This document shows positions 36,801 through 50,832 of a stretch of 64,000 nucleotides of DNA, one piece after another. The DNA comes from Pelomyxa schiedti (taxonomy: Eukaryota; Protista; Evosea): NCBI GenBank assembly GCA_020536535.1, contig JAHLWZ010000417.1:1-64000 (forward strand), in the 5' to 3' direction. Numbering within the stretch: the stretch's first letter is position 1; every line of letters starts with the position of its first letter. A program made the translations under genes and the position numbers. The notes under the pieces were generated by a model, which made no database searches, had not been told where the DNA came from, and saw only the letters and a program-made list of their open reading frames with translations.

Positions 36801-39800
36801 AATGGCAATATCTACAATGCGATCTGACTGGTGTTAGATAGAAAAGCGCCTTGGGTAGAATGCAAACCGCAACACTCAGTCGCCTGGCGTCTTATGAGTG
36901 CTGCAGTTCCATCACTCCCTAATCCTGGAGACTGATATATGAACTTCGTAAACGCCAAAATTGAACGAGAAAAATAGTGGTAAAGTGGGTGATTCTCTGC
37001 CCTAGTTAATCATTAATAATAATAATGAAAATAAAAGTATTTTTAAAGTCAAAGGTTTCATAAATTGCTAACCCATGAATTTTGGCAAAGTGGGAGACAA
37101 ATATATCCAAAGTCAGATCGTCAACAGGAATTTCTTTAACACGTTGAACCCAAGCTTTTATCAATTCAATCGCAAGGAGTTTATTGGAGTTCACCTGGCA
37201 TGAAATGAGAACATTCAAAAGGTAAGGACTACCTTCTGAGTTCGAACTAGTGAGCTGAGAAGTGAAATGCTTTTTGTACGCGATAGTAGTTCGGCTCTTC
37301 TTTGCACGGTTGGTTTTTGGTTTTGGGGATGCTGAACTGGAGGTGCGAGCACACTTGATTTTTGATCCAACTTCGTTTCATTGGGTATATGAGGTTTTGG
37401 AGGGTCCTGTAGTTCAATTTTCGCATTATGCAGGGTGTCAGACTTTGCATCAGGTGTCAATGCAAGATTTGGTGGTGGTGTCTCGGATTGTTCAGCATGT
37501 TGTGCAATGGGTGTTGCCAAGTGTATAGTGTCAGCTTCGTCATTCACATCAGCGCAACTAGAAAGCTGCAAGGGATGAAGATTAACTTGTGCATCCGAGA
37601 TATCTTTGCAGCCGCTTGATGGTTTAATTTCTGAAGGTAATTGCACAATATCATTTCCAAATTCAGAGGAGCTACGGGAAAGCAGCCGGGGTGGTGGTGA
37701 CAATGGTGCCTGGTTTTCGTATCTTACTAGCTCACTGGCACTGGAACTTCTTGCAATTGGATCCCCGGGATTTCTAGGAGGTAGTCCAGGTTTCCAAATC
37801 CCCACGGGGCAAGTGGGGCTTACTGGCCCATCGAAAGAAATTACTTCCGGAACAAGTGGAGAACATTTTGTTGGTTGGTCAGAAATGATAGGGCTACTGG
37901 AAAGCATAGGCCTTTCTGGCTCCGAGTCACTTTCAGATGAGGAAGAGGAAGAGGAGGAGGAAGAAGAATCCAACGAGTCTAATGATGAGACACTGTCACT
38001 ACCAACTCCAACACTGGTACTGAGAGCTGAAGATTCGGTAAGCAGCGCAGTGGTACCAGGTGACTCGGAAAGAGGTTCAGAAGCACCAAGATTTTGGGGC
38101 ATATGAAGTCTCAAGAATGGTTTCCTTGAGGGGGCTAGGGACTCGCAATGTGCAAATGACCACAAGGAGTATGTAGGGAAAGACGAATATGTTGAAAATG
38201 GTTGGATATTTTGTGGTGCATCTTTTGGCTCGGCCTGTTCTAGCTTGGCAGGCAAGCTAGACTCATAATTACTGAGTTGACTCCCGGAAGTCTGGTTTTC
38301 AGTCGACTTCTCTTCAGTTACGCATTCAGCCAATGGTTGTGTTTCAACATGTGATTGTTCAGAGGGCTCAATGGTTGTTGGTTGTGCCTCAGAAGGGTTT
38401 GTGGGGGATGGCTCCCCTTCACACAATACTGTAGAAGTAGAAACTGTTTGCTCTGACTCCATTTGTTGCACAACTTTGACCTGCTCTGTCAGTGGCTCCG
38501 CACTGAATCGTTCGGCCTCTGGAAACTTCGGAGTGTGTAGCATGTGTGATTGCGGCTGTGAGCGCGCCCGATCCCTGATTTCACTGACGGCAACATTTGT
38601 GGGAACCTCCGGATGCACCAGCAACAGCTTGTGGAGCTGCTCCTCCATGTAAAAGACCGTCGCCGACCTCTCCTTGTTTGTCATAGTAGCATACTGCCTG
38701 CGGTGGCTGCGCCTCTGCTGCAGCTGCTTGTGATTGCTGGCCACAGGGACCTGTGCGCCTGTCTGCTCGTACTTCTGGGACGGCGGCGGGGGCTTCCAAT
38801 GGCGGGTGGGCCGGATCAGAGGGCTTGTAGCAGGGGAAGTGGTAGGGGAGTTCTTCGGCTCGGGATTGTCGTGGGAATGTGTGTGGTGGTGGTGGCGGTG
38901 GTGGTGGCGACGGTGATGGTGGTGGTGATGGTGCCGGTGCTTGTGCTTCTTTACTATCTCTTCTAGCCTCTTATCTGTTTTCCCGGCAAGGGCGGCGGCG
39001 AACAGGGCATCGTAGTCTCGGCTGGTAATGTTCTCATCTTCGCTCGACGAGTCACTGAAATCCTGCAATTGAGATTTTTGGACTGGAGACGAACGGCCTG
39101 TTCGGCTGTGCGATGACGACGAAGAAGATGAAGAAGCGGTAGGCGTCTTGGCTTCCGAGATAGTGGCTTGGTTTTGGGAAGAGATTGTAGATTGGGTGCT
39201 GTGTGACCTGGGAGGAATCGGTGTCAACCTCAAATCGTCGGAGCTTGTGATAGAGCTGGACTTGGAACTCACGGGCTGCATCAACGTCATGCCCCTCGAT
39301 CTTGGCATGTCATAGTGCGATTTGGGCCTCACGTTGGACTTTGGCTTGGAATTGGAACTGGAACTAGAAACAGGGCAGCCGCCCGTGCTTGGCGTCCTAA
39401 CGTGGCCTGGAGATTTCTCCCTTTTGGTCTCGGTCGGCGCAATTGTGGGTGCAGGCTTGGAATCTGGCGGCGCGTCGCCCAAGTTGGTCGCCTCAGCCGT
39501 TGACGACGACGAAGACGAAGGAGTCGGCGGGGTGATTGACCGTTTGAGCTTTGGTTTTGAGTGTGAGGAGCGCTTGCGGTGGGAGGACGAGGAGGAGGAC
39601 GACGATTTGCCATTATGGGAGCTGTGTTGCATTGGGGACGAAGGGCGGTCGGTGTTGTGAGTGTGTGGTGATGATGATGGGGAAGAAGGGCAAGTGGTTG
39701 ATGTTGTTGAAAAAGTTGAAGTACTGCACTCTGCTGTTGATGGTGAGGGCGAGAGATCTGGACCGGTCGGGGCCTTGGTGTAGGCCACACTCTGGCAGTA

Positions 39801-39836
39801 CTTCTTGCGGTGCGAGGACCTGGGCACGTCGACCAT
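33823..39836 (-). CDS. VPS9-domain (Rab5-type GEF) protein with long Ser/His/Pro-rich regions
   Basis: TPWLKLNCL, GADDFLPIISFVLIKGN, GEPAYILTTFQTSL at ~36000-36400; 3' end is 34037 or 33823 depending on a 19-bp duplication. Confidence 0.8.
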
Positions 39837-40254
39837 CCGTTGGTTCTTTTTTTTTTTCGTTTTGGTAACAGGACGAAAACCGGAAGTCTAATAAGAGCGG
39901 CGGTGTATTTTCTCCAATCCAGGAAGGCCAGAGAATGGGCTTTAGGAGAAATCGATCTATCCGTTCGGTGCCACTGTTGGGTGGTGAGAAGAACGTCTGA
40001 GAGATAGCAGTGATCAGGGGCAGAGGACAACAGCACCCATTTGTGACTGACCCCTCGCATCATCGCTTCCGATTTTGCTTCTATCCTCCAATTTCGGCCA
40101 ATGAGGGACTGGAATATTCCCACTGGTTGTTTCTGGATTCATCAGGTCGCTAACTTGGAATCAATCACTCCGTCATAGCGACTCCCTCGTCGCTGGCAAA
40201 CACCTTTCAAACACACCAACAAACAAAAAAAAACCAGACCAAGTGATAATATTC

Positions 40255-43200
40255 ATGGCCTCCTCCACCACGGAGCTTGAAGACAGCCTCTCGTGGGACA
40301 CAACATGTGGGCTGTGCCTCTCTCCCTTGTCTCTCGCTGGCGGGGGAACAAACCGAACCATTGCGGAGCTCCACAGGGTCCCTCTCGCCGCCACACGAAG
40401 AGGACCCCCGTCGTCGAGCTCAGCTTCGACGCCGCCGAGCAGCGCACCAGGCTCCACAGCAGGAGGAACTTCGTCGGCACAGCAAACAGCAGGCACCACG
40501 CCTCACAGGGTGTGCATGGATTGTGCCCGCAAGCTGGTCAACAACGCGGTGGCTCGGTCAGCTTTCTACCAGGGCGTGGCCCAGGCCCAGGCCCAGGCCC
40601 CTTCATTAAATGGCTCACTGAGAAACAGCGGCGGCGCAGAGGGGTGCCGGCATCAAACGCAGCCAGGGGAGACACAGTCAGGGCAGACAGCTGCTACTGG
40701 CTCTGCTTCTTCTGGTGTTATCCTCTCTGAGCAGTGTGGTGGAAGAGGGAATGATGGGATGGGAGAATGTGTTGGGGGCAGCGCATGTAGTGTGAATCAA
40801 CAGAATATAATGTGGTCACCACTGCTGCGTATTCATCCTGAGTTGTTGTCTGGCCCGCCTAACACGAAGGTTCTTGGAGATATATGAAATACTTGAGACT
40901 ATTCATATCTTTTTTTCTTTTGACGCACAACAAGGGAGGAGTGAATGTCCACTCTATGGTGCACACAATATCTGCTCTGAGTTGTCCAATATGCGGCGAA
41001 TCATTGCCATTCCCAGTCAAGACCAGCCTGCCATCGGTTTTTTTTTTTATCACGACCTTCTTCCTTGTATACTTACTTTCAAAAAAAAAACCAGTTTTCT
41101 CAGATTGACACTGCAACCCAAATTCTACGAGAATCGGAAATAATTGTTGATGCTGTACAAGGAGAAAAGAAGTGTTGCCCAATATGTGAGGAAGTGCAGC
41201 CAACCCACTCCTGCGTGGTGTGCAGGGTACTTGTTTGTGCAACACCCCGTTGTATGAGGATTATAACAAACACTTGCAGATCGCAAGGACACACTGTAAG
41301 TTGTGGTTTAATTCTCTTTCCTTACTACCTGTTCACGATGATTTTTCTAAAAAAGTTCACTCCCATTGAAATCGGAGCAGCTAAAACAAACCTTCCATGC
41401 CCTGAGCACAACAGGCCGTTGGATATGTTTTGTATAAAAGATAATATTCCCGTGTGTTCAACTTGTATTCTCTCTGGTGCCCATCAAGCTAATCAGGTTT
41501 TTGGCCATCTTGCCCAATTTGTTAATTTCAAACTCATTGTGTCCCAAGCATCCAACCATTACAATTCAACAAGCATCCAAAGAGAGGAAGGAAATAATTA
41601 CAAGGCAATCACAAGAACTTTCAGAAAAAATCAAAGTGTTGGAGGAGGCACTTGCGGCAGTGACTAAGACCAAATATGACATCAATGAGGTCCAACCAGC
41701 AACCACAAAGCCAAGTCAATTAAAAAAACTAACAGAATTGTGGTGTTGCACTGAAAGATATTGAGGATACATTTTCGACACTAGAGCTCATTTTAGCGAC
41801 AAGGCACAAGCAACTTATATCGGAATGCATGGAAATTGCACAAACAACAGGTTAATACTAATGCTGTCACCAAACTTGCTCATCTTTGAATACAGAGAAA
41901 ATCATCACTCTGCAACAGGACCACCTCGAAAGGTTCCTTGAGACCGCAAAAACTGTTTTGAGATCTGCATTAAAGCTGAGAGACACGCCCCATGACTTTG
42001 GTGTGATCCGGTCATTTGACTCAATAGAAAGACTGATTTCTGCGTTGAAGTCCCAACTCGTATGTTTTGATTTATACTTACAGTTCATTGACATTGTTGT
42101 TGGAAAAGGTTTATGAGAAGCCATGCTGCAAATCTGAAATTAATTTCACAACAATAAAGAACCTCTCTGAGGTAATCAAATCATTTGGAGCAGTCACATT
42201 TGGTTTGCGTTTGACCTCATTGAATTCTTGTAATAATCAAAATACACATAGGTGTTTCAGCTTCTATGAGTAAATTCAGAGTTACACCTTGCAGGGAAAA
42301 CACACCCGTTGTTGGCATGAAATGGCAGTGCATGATTGAGTGTACATCTCTTGTGGATAACACAGGAACCCTTATTCCATCCACCATTTCCATTCCTTCG
42401 TTGACAAGTGCTGGAATGTGTATTGTTGTGCACAAAGGTTTGTCACCACACCAGGTTTTGCTCAAATTAACTCACAAAGGGCCAGGGCCAGAATACACTG
42501 CGGAGACAAGGCAGTTTGAGCAAGTTCCATTCTGGCAGAGTGTTGTGTCTCCAGGACGCAATGATGGAGAAGTGCTCAAGTGTGATGTCATGTTCATTCC
42601 AGAGATCACTGGGAGACACTCGTTGGTTATTGGAGGGAGTGAAGTTTTTTCTTGCGAGATAAAGCGTTAGTTTTTTCCTTCTTTTCCCCCAACCATTAAC
42701 TTAGAAAATAGAAATCAACCAACAGTCAACCACACTGGTTGGCGACCTGACAGGTACTGTGGGAAACCCATTTAAGTTGAAATTACTTGTGTGCATTCTC
42801 ATATCATGTTTCAAACATTTTTTTGAAATATCTCCAATAGGTACACTACTCTGATGGCACACCCGTATCTGCTGAGGACTGGCTAATCAGTCCACCACTG
42901 ATGCGGACCCGCTTCAAAATTACAGGCCCCTTGCCACCAAATTCGGATCAAGAAGATTTCACACAGTGTCCAAACCCAGCAGAAATTGAGTTCAAAGTGC
43001 AAAGTGGGGGTGAGTACAAATTGTTCATTCAGAATACTGTCTGGCCCAATACAAAGGACTGGATTTCAATGCCTGGGTCACCTTTCCTGATCAGAGTCAC
43101 TCAAGGTGTGGTTGTTTCCTCTCTTCTTTAAACCCAAAGGACTTAATTTAATCTACACAGTGGACATCAGCAAATGCACAATTTGGACTCTTCCTTCATC

Positions 43201-44105
43201 CCTCACAGTGGGGCACAAAATTTCCCTCCCAATTCAGGTTTCCATCTCAAAATACACTTTCTTTCCCTCACTCACACAAAGATGATGAGCACTGCTGGAA
43301 ACATCATTCCCGCTGAAGATGAATCCAATCAATTGGTTGAATACCGTGCATATACAAGCCCACAAACGGCAGCCATTGCTTCTATCTCACCTCCCAGCAC
43401 AACAGGATCATCTCGGGTTTCAAGCGTGAATGTTGAGCCAAAGATGGTGGCTGATGTCTTTCTCTCTGTGGAGGGATCACTTGCTCGGAGCAACTCATGG
43501 CAGCCTCTGTCAGGGTCACCATTCAGAATCACAATAACAAGTATGCTTGATCCCCCGCTCTCTCATATATATATATCTCATCATCATCATTTTATTACCA
43601 ACAACAAACACTCCGAACCTCTCCTATCCCCTCCTATCCTTATCCCTATCCTATCCTTATTCTAACCAAACAAACCGCAGAGCCTCAGCAAGCCAGGAAG
43701 ATTGGGGGACTGATTGCATCATCTTCCATGCCAGGATACCCACCCGAGAGGGTTCTGAACTACACCCACGATCACACCATGTACTGGGCCAGCACAGGCA
43801 ACAAAGGCCAGTTCCTGGCTCTCGACCTCACGGAGCCCTGCATCGTGCCGGTCGTGTGCCTGAGGACTCACGACATCGACGGCGCCATCAAGGACTTCAC
43901 GATGTCCAGCGGCGCTTCTTCCTCTGGGCCGTGGACTGTTATGGGACATTTCACGGCCGCACGCAGCAAGCAGTGGCAAAGATTCCCAGTCGACCCGAAA
44001 ACTTCGTCAGAGCTGCAGCAGCGATGGGTCAGGCTGCTGTTTGACAGCACATACGGACCCCCTGATGTTAGGTATGTGGTTGTCAGTGGTGTAAAGTTCT
44101 GGTGA
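40255..44105 (+). CDS. TRIM-like protein: split RING, B-boxes, coiled coil, filamin-like Ig repeats, C-terminal F5/8C-like domain
   Basis: CGLC..HRVCMDC..CPIC; CPEHNRPLDMFCIKDNIPVCSTCILSGAH; repeated PGSPF/SGSPF; WQRF..RWVRL. Confidence 0.75.
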
Positions 44106-44236
44106 TGAAGGCAAACCTATATCATAAATAACCCACGAGAGAATAAATTTTGGATGTTTTTCGTTTTTTTTTTGACACTTTATTATTATCTAGAGTCCTG
44201 AGGGAGACCGACCGAGTCTGGAAAACTTTCCAGGCT

Positions 44237-47005
44237 TTATGTGAGGAATGGAGTGAGGTGGGTGGCTGCCTCTGATGCGGACATCCTATTGGCTGGCCTT
44301 GGGTGCATCATATCAACGAGGATGCGCGTGAGACACACAACACGCGGGTCAGCTGGGGAGGTGAAGGGAGGGGGAAGTGGGAATGACTCCACAAGTGTCC
44401 TGGTTGTGAACATGCTCATGTCCCTATTCAGCTCACTCCCAATGAACTTGCGCGATGGGGGAAGCAGTGCGTTGTAGAACGTGATCGCCAGGCTGAACGA
44501 ATCACACCTGGATAGCGGGAACAGCTGTGCACCACCGTGGGGGTTTTGAATCAAGGCCATTATCTCTGGTGGGATGGTGCCTGCGTTGCCCCACAGGTTG
44601 CCAGTTGGTTCCAGTACACTGCTCAGGTGGCCTTGCCGGTCTCTGACGCACTCCAGTGCCATCCCAAAGTCAATCAGTGTGAGCCTATGTGTTTGTGGGT
44701 CAACAAGGATGTTGGCCTCCTCGATGTCTCTGTGTGTTTGAGGGGAAATAAGCACAAACATACACACAAGGTGAGAGGAAGATACCTGTGCACAATCGAA
44801 TTTGACTCAAGATGGTTGACAGCAGAAAGAGCTTGATGGAAAAGATTCAAGGTGACAGCAACCTTGTCTGAGGATGGTGGCAGTGAGGTGAAGAAGGACT
44901 GCGGCGATCCTGACAGGTGAACACCTCCAAATGGCATCAAGAACGCAAATGACTTGCTGTGTTTGGCCCAGTCCACGTCATCTGGCTTGGCAACAGCAAG
45001 GAGGTCAAGGAACTCCTGGGGCAAACTATTTATGGTTTTGATAAAAAAAACCGCTAGAGTGGCAGACACCTTGGGATCACAAGTGCACTGAGAGGGTGAG
45101 TGATGTTCCTGTGATGAGGGATGGATGAGAGTGTCAGAACCTCCAACTGGTATTTATTTCTCAGTAGGGTTTGGCCGGAGATGTTGAATTGTAGTTTCAT
45201 AACCATCATCTGTGGTTCTGGTGATGCTTTGTTTCCATGAAACTGCACCTTGAACGCTGCACCATAAGAGCTTATTCCTAAGAGCTCCTTCACTATGAAC
45301 TGTGATATATCTGCTGTAATCAGTGATGTCATCAGGCTGATTGTTTGCTGCGTAGGGTATGAAGAGAGATTTCAAATATGGGCACACCGAGGAAAAGAAC
45401 CTGGTATTGTTCTGCCTCAGCTTCCAACTTCCTCCGCACTACATCATGCTGCACTCTCAAGTTCATGATTGTCTCACCTTCTGACAGGCAAGACTGAAGG
45501 GTCTTGTTCTCGTCCTGTAACTTTTGAATAATTTGCAAATTATTCAGTTACCTTCATTGTGATATTAGTAGACACAACTCACCTTTGGAGTGCTTTCCTC
45601 GTGCACAATTGGTGCAGTTTCCCTTTTGTCATCCTGCTCCTGTCTTGTTGTGACACTGGAGCCACTGCAACTGTGGCCACTCAGACTCCCAGGTTCAGTA
45701 CTCAGCAATGAAGCACATTGTGTTCGTGGGAGAAGTCTGGTGGCTGCTGCCTGCCACCATTCAAGATCAGTCTTTGGGGGAGGCTTGCACAAAACTTTTT
45801 GGACCAGTGCTTGGCGAATTTGATCCAACTTACACACATCCAAAACAGTCTGACCTTCCATATTCTTTGGAACACTCAGTCAGTGTGTCTTAGGGAAAAA
45901 GAGGAAGTACTTTGATGTTAAGGTTGATGTTTGGATGCTCAAGAAGAAGGTCAATAATTTTTAGATATCCATGCTCACAGGCCAAATGCAAAGGGGTCTG
46001 TGGAAAAGGTAAAAAATGGACCTATTTACAATATTGGGGTGACACACATCTCCCTGGAGTGAAACCCAGTCATAATATCAGTCAATATGAAAAATAAATG
46101 GTTGTGGTGAAATTACATACACCCTGTCAGTTGCAGTTATTACGGAAGAGATGAAAAGGAGAGTTCGCCTACCAACTGCAAAGAAATGAAGGTTTGAGGA
46201 GAGACAAGAGTGAGTGCATAAGCATGTTGTTACAAAGCGGGAGAGTTCACATACCCCCTGCAAATAGATGAAATTGGGTTCCAAGTGTAAATTGTAGAAT
46301 GAGATTAGGAGAAGAGGTAAGGAGGGAAGCACATACAGCCTGTCTCAAATACAATTGGTTCATAATTTCCATGAATCAGGGAATGATAGTGAGTGGCATG
46401 TTGGTGCTGAGGGGGTTCACATACCCACTATCAACAAACGATTTCCAAGAGAGAGGCAAAAAGTATGAGTGCAATGCTGGGTTAGGAGAGTAGTTCACAT
46501 ACAGTCTGACATCCGAAATGAAATTCGGATTCCGAACCAAGAGGAAAGAGAAATGAGCAAAAAAAAAAAAAAAAGAGTTCAGGATAAACTTACAGCCTGT
46601 AAAAATGAGGAAGGAGTACAAGTGCTGTGTAGGCATTGAAGTTTGTGTAAGCGTTACACACCTGTCTGTTCGGATCAGCCCCCCTTTGCAGCAACACTTG
46701 AACACATTCATAACGTCCGTAGGTTGCTGCAAAGTGCAGTGCAGCCTGCGTGCCGTTGCCATAACGACGATGCAAACAAAAGACTTTCGGAAAGCCCAGC
46801 CAAAAAAGCCACATACCTTTGTGTCCCTTGAGCCCATCTGCTGCGCGTCGGGGTTAGTTCCCTCCCGCAGCATCCTGTCGAGCGTCGCGGCGTCGCCATT
46901 CTCTGCAGCCTCGAAGAACTTCCACGGCGCGTATGCGGGTGCGTCCACAGCAACCCCTGCTGACGACGAAGACGATTGTGGCGGCGTCTGGGGAGCTCCC
47001 GACAT
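44237..47005 (-). CDS. Ankyrin-repeat plus protein-kinase-domain protein
   Basis: ALHFAATYGRYECVQVLLQRGADPN, TPLHLACEHGY, LGISSYGAAFKV, VMK, IVHR/DIEEANILV, LIDFG. Confidence 0.8.
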
Positions 47006-47102
47006 TTTTTTTTTTTTGTGTGTGTGTGACGGTTGGACTGGAAAGATTGATGGAACATCGTCTTTCGTGAAAGACGAACACGTCTACAACCCATCTGTGA
47101 TC

Positions 47103-47598
47103 ATGTCGGACAAAGGCTCGAGCCTTATGTTTCTGCACCCTCTAGCTCTTCTCATCGCAGAGGCAGAGAGACTGAAACTTGGTGAGAGGGCTCTACCACC
47201 CACGGCCGATATCTTGTCGCCCGCAGCCCCACCGGCCTCGACCGTCGCTGACACGCCGCCGCTGCCAGCAGTAGATCGGACACCTGTGGATCCACCGTCT
47301 CGTATCCTCTTTTGTTCCCTGTGTCACAACCCCCTGTATTGCGACTACGTCAGCAATACCTACTGCTGTCACAAGATCTGCTTTGCTGTGCGCATCTCTC
47401 TTTTTTATTTACTACTACTATTCACACAACCAATGCTGAAAAACTGCAGTGCTTGCCAAAGCTGTCTGGGACGTGCCCTGTTGCATCGTGTAAAAAGCAA
47501 TATTATCCAGTGGACTGATGGCTCATCCAGAGCAAATAGCAAACAATGTCAAATGTAAAAAAAAGCACTCCCAGTCTCCACTGAGGTCAGGATACTAG
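47103..47598 (+). CDS. Small RING-finger-like protein
   Basis: CSLC..CCHKIC..C..CPVASC across an intron; ends approximate. Confidence 0.5.
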
Positions 47599-48329
47599 TT
47601 TAGATCCCGCCGGTCATTATGAGTGTTGTGCCAAGTTGAACGACTGTGCTGTGCGCATGAACGTGTAGAGCACCAGCGTCACAACAAGGTAGCTACTCCC
47701 GCCTGCAAACAAAGGTGCCGGTGGGGTCACTTTATTCTTTGCCCACATCCTGTCAAATCAGTTAAATTGGCAAGAGGCACCTCCATCATAAGATCTACAT
47801 ACAGTAATGTGTACAAGACGTAGACCAGAGAGCACGCAAACATCACCGCGTTCACAGGCGAAGGCAATGCAAACCAGCAAACTAACGCTGCAATCCCACC
47901 CAACACCAACTGACCACGTGTCCCACACAGATCTTTCTCCATCTCGCACGGCAATTTGTTGTAGGATTTTGGTTTGTGCTGTTTGCTGTTGGCTCTTTGT
48001 TAGTTTGACATTCTGTTCTTTGGGAATGCATCACTCCCCTGCGTGTCATTGTGTCATTTCTTTTTTTTTTTTCGTTTCGCGATCTGACGGACATTGGTTC
48101 AAAAATAAAATAAAAAATGAACAAAATGAGGGACGGTTCACCGTACGAGCGGTTGCAACAACGACACTACGTGAGTGCGGCAAATCAGTTGTTGGAGGAG
48201 TACCGCTTGATAGAACGGGTGAACACGTTGAGGGAGTGCACACCGTCGTTTTTTGTTGTACTTCTGGAAGTCATGTTTGCCAGGAAACTGCCAGTTCGTT
48301 TCTTGGAGTAGTTTTGATTCGTATTAAGA

Positions 48330-50700
48330 AAATGTCGCAGGACATCATACGAAACCCGGTTTCGGAAGAGGACTATGTATATAATTCCACTGTACTTATT
48401 GACACGTTATCCGTTCATGTGATTTGTCCAACCCCCTCTTGATCAAGTAAACAAAATGCTACAGCATAATGTCTGTGAACATCTTCTAAAGTCACGCCAA
48501 GGTTCTTGGTGTAGATTTGTCTCACATAGCCCCTGAGTTGTTGGCACACGGTCATCAACAAACTATAAAAGACCTAATTGAGATATTCGTACAAGTTTCT
48601 CAAATTCTCAAAACTGTACCAAGTATTTTTTCCCTCCCTACCACTGCAGCCCACCAAAACAGAAAGGTCCAACAGAAACTGCCAGTAAGCTGCGGTCAAA
48701 GTCTCCCAAAAGAAACTCCCTTATAGCTCAGTCAAGTACACATAACCAGACTAGACATCTTACTCTCCAACCGCAAGTGGAGCCAAGAAATGATATTCAC
48801 CACTGCCTGCACGTTACTCCCAAGTCAGAACACAATGCCCAAATACCCCAAGGGAAGCAACCGAAAGTATCTGTAGTACCAACAACACAAATTAGACAGC
48901 GAGAAATCAATGGAATGGAAAACGAGCATCCAATGCAGCCACCAAGCGTCGGAATTCAACCACACGAGCCACATGAGACCACAGAGTCCCAAGAATACCG
49001 CCAACACCCCTCGCCACACCGTCAAGAACGTGGGCACCTCACCTCACATACAACAAAAGAGGAACAAACTACAACTGAACAGATTCCGCCCCGATTACCA
49101 ATTGATTCCTCCCTATCTTACCCTCATCCTTCACACTCCTGTCCCAATTACCATCATGTTGCTTGCCAAGTCTTACAAACTCAAGTTCCCACTATCTGCA
49201 ATTTCCACCAAGATAATTTTCATTCGGGCCAACATGGTCATCCCAACAATGTCTGCTCCATTCTAGGGGATACTGGTATTATTTGCAATTCGGAATGTTC
49301 TCCTGTCAAGGGACGAAACTGCACTTCCGCATATGCAAATCAATCTCCAGAGACCATACCAACAAATCCGCAAGAATTGGCGCCTCGCCCAAGAGCCACA
49401 ACACAGTCGGAACAGTCAGACTATAGGTAAGTCTACTTCCCTGTCTCACTCGCACTTAACGAAAGGACTAGGAATGATCTGGACCAACTTGCAACTCGAG
49501 TGAATCAGCTCATGATTCATAGACTGAAGACCCCATCAACTAAGTCTGTTATATATTCCCAATTATTCAGATGCTAATAAAACCAGAACTTCCGAGGCAA
49601 TCGGTTCAAAAGGACCGAGTACTGATGCCGTAATCCCTTCGAAAAAGGAAGTTATTGAACCGTTATCACCCAGTGATACTACAACAAATAGTGGAGCTAC
49701 TAAGCCGAGTACTGGAGAAGCTCCTTGGGAAGGAGAGGAAGATGTAATAAGCCCTTGCACCGGGAGTAAGCACTCAATTTCCACAGACAGTGACAGACCC
49801 TCCTTATGCATATGAGCTTGAGCCAAACTGTACCCAAGTACAGCAAAATAAGAAAGTTATACAAGCACTTGAATCATCACAACGCAGACAAACGTTTCAT
49901 CAGCATATCCAGCGTGAGTTGGATGCTGCTGCTCGTAAGGTTACTTGCCTTTTATCCCCACAATGCTAACCCTTTTTGAAGAAGGCACAAGATGAGGAAA
50001 TAAGTCTTTCCCGGGCGAAAAAGCGATACGACCAAGAAGCACGAGTAATGGAGGTTTAAGCAAACAATTGTAAACAAAATTGACCCTTCTTTCTCCAGAA
50101 TCGAATTTCCCGCATCCGAGAAGACCAACAACGGTTTGCCTAAGAAGGGGGCACATCCAAATAAATAACCGCGAAATAGGTCCTACAATTCCATGATGGC
50201 CCATCAGGAAGCGGTGGCCCAACACAAGTATCACAAAGTGTATGTTCCTAATTTCCGTCCGTTTCTCAATTGCTTTCCAGTATAAAGGATGCCCTTCAGG
50301 AACAACGGGAAATGCTGCATGAAGCTCGTATCCGGTCTCAAGAAGAAGCCATAAGGCATCAGACTGCTTTCGATTCCAAAGCAGCCAGTAAGCGCAATTT
50401 GTATGTACCTTTTTTGCCCAACCTCACTAACAATTTGCAAACAAAAAACAAGTATTACTGACCAGTATAGAATGGTAGAAGAAGAAATGGCACAGCAGGC
50501 CGCAGATTGCGTGACAGCTCAAAAAGCCCAAACAGAGGTACCAGCATCATTTTCCACAGCAAAAACAAACCTGTAACAACAAGGTGTTGCGTAAAGTGGA
50601 GCAAAAACTCAGAGCCAAGATACAAGAACAACAGAGGCAACTCAACAGTCAAATGCAAGCGCAATTGCAAGGCAACTTTCTGTTTTAAATACTGACAATC
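48330..50700 (+). pseudogene. Degraded coding-like region with frameshifts and stops; possible RING/TRAF-type relic followed by coiled-coil remnants
   Basis: Short broken ORFs; Cys/His pattern at ~48400-48490 split across frames; coiled-coil-like DALQEQREMLHEARIRSQEE. Confidence 0.3.
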
Positions 50701-50832
50701 AGCGGCAGGGAAGAAGTACGGAACAACAAAAAAAAAATGCTTTCTTCGAAATAACAAACAAAACTCTCAAATGCTAATTAACACACCGGGTGTTTCGGTC
50801 TAGTGGTACAGTGAAGCGCAAGCAACGAGATC

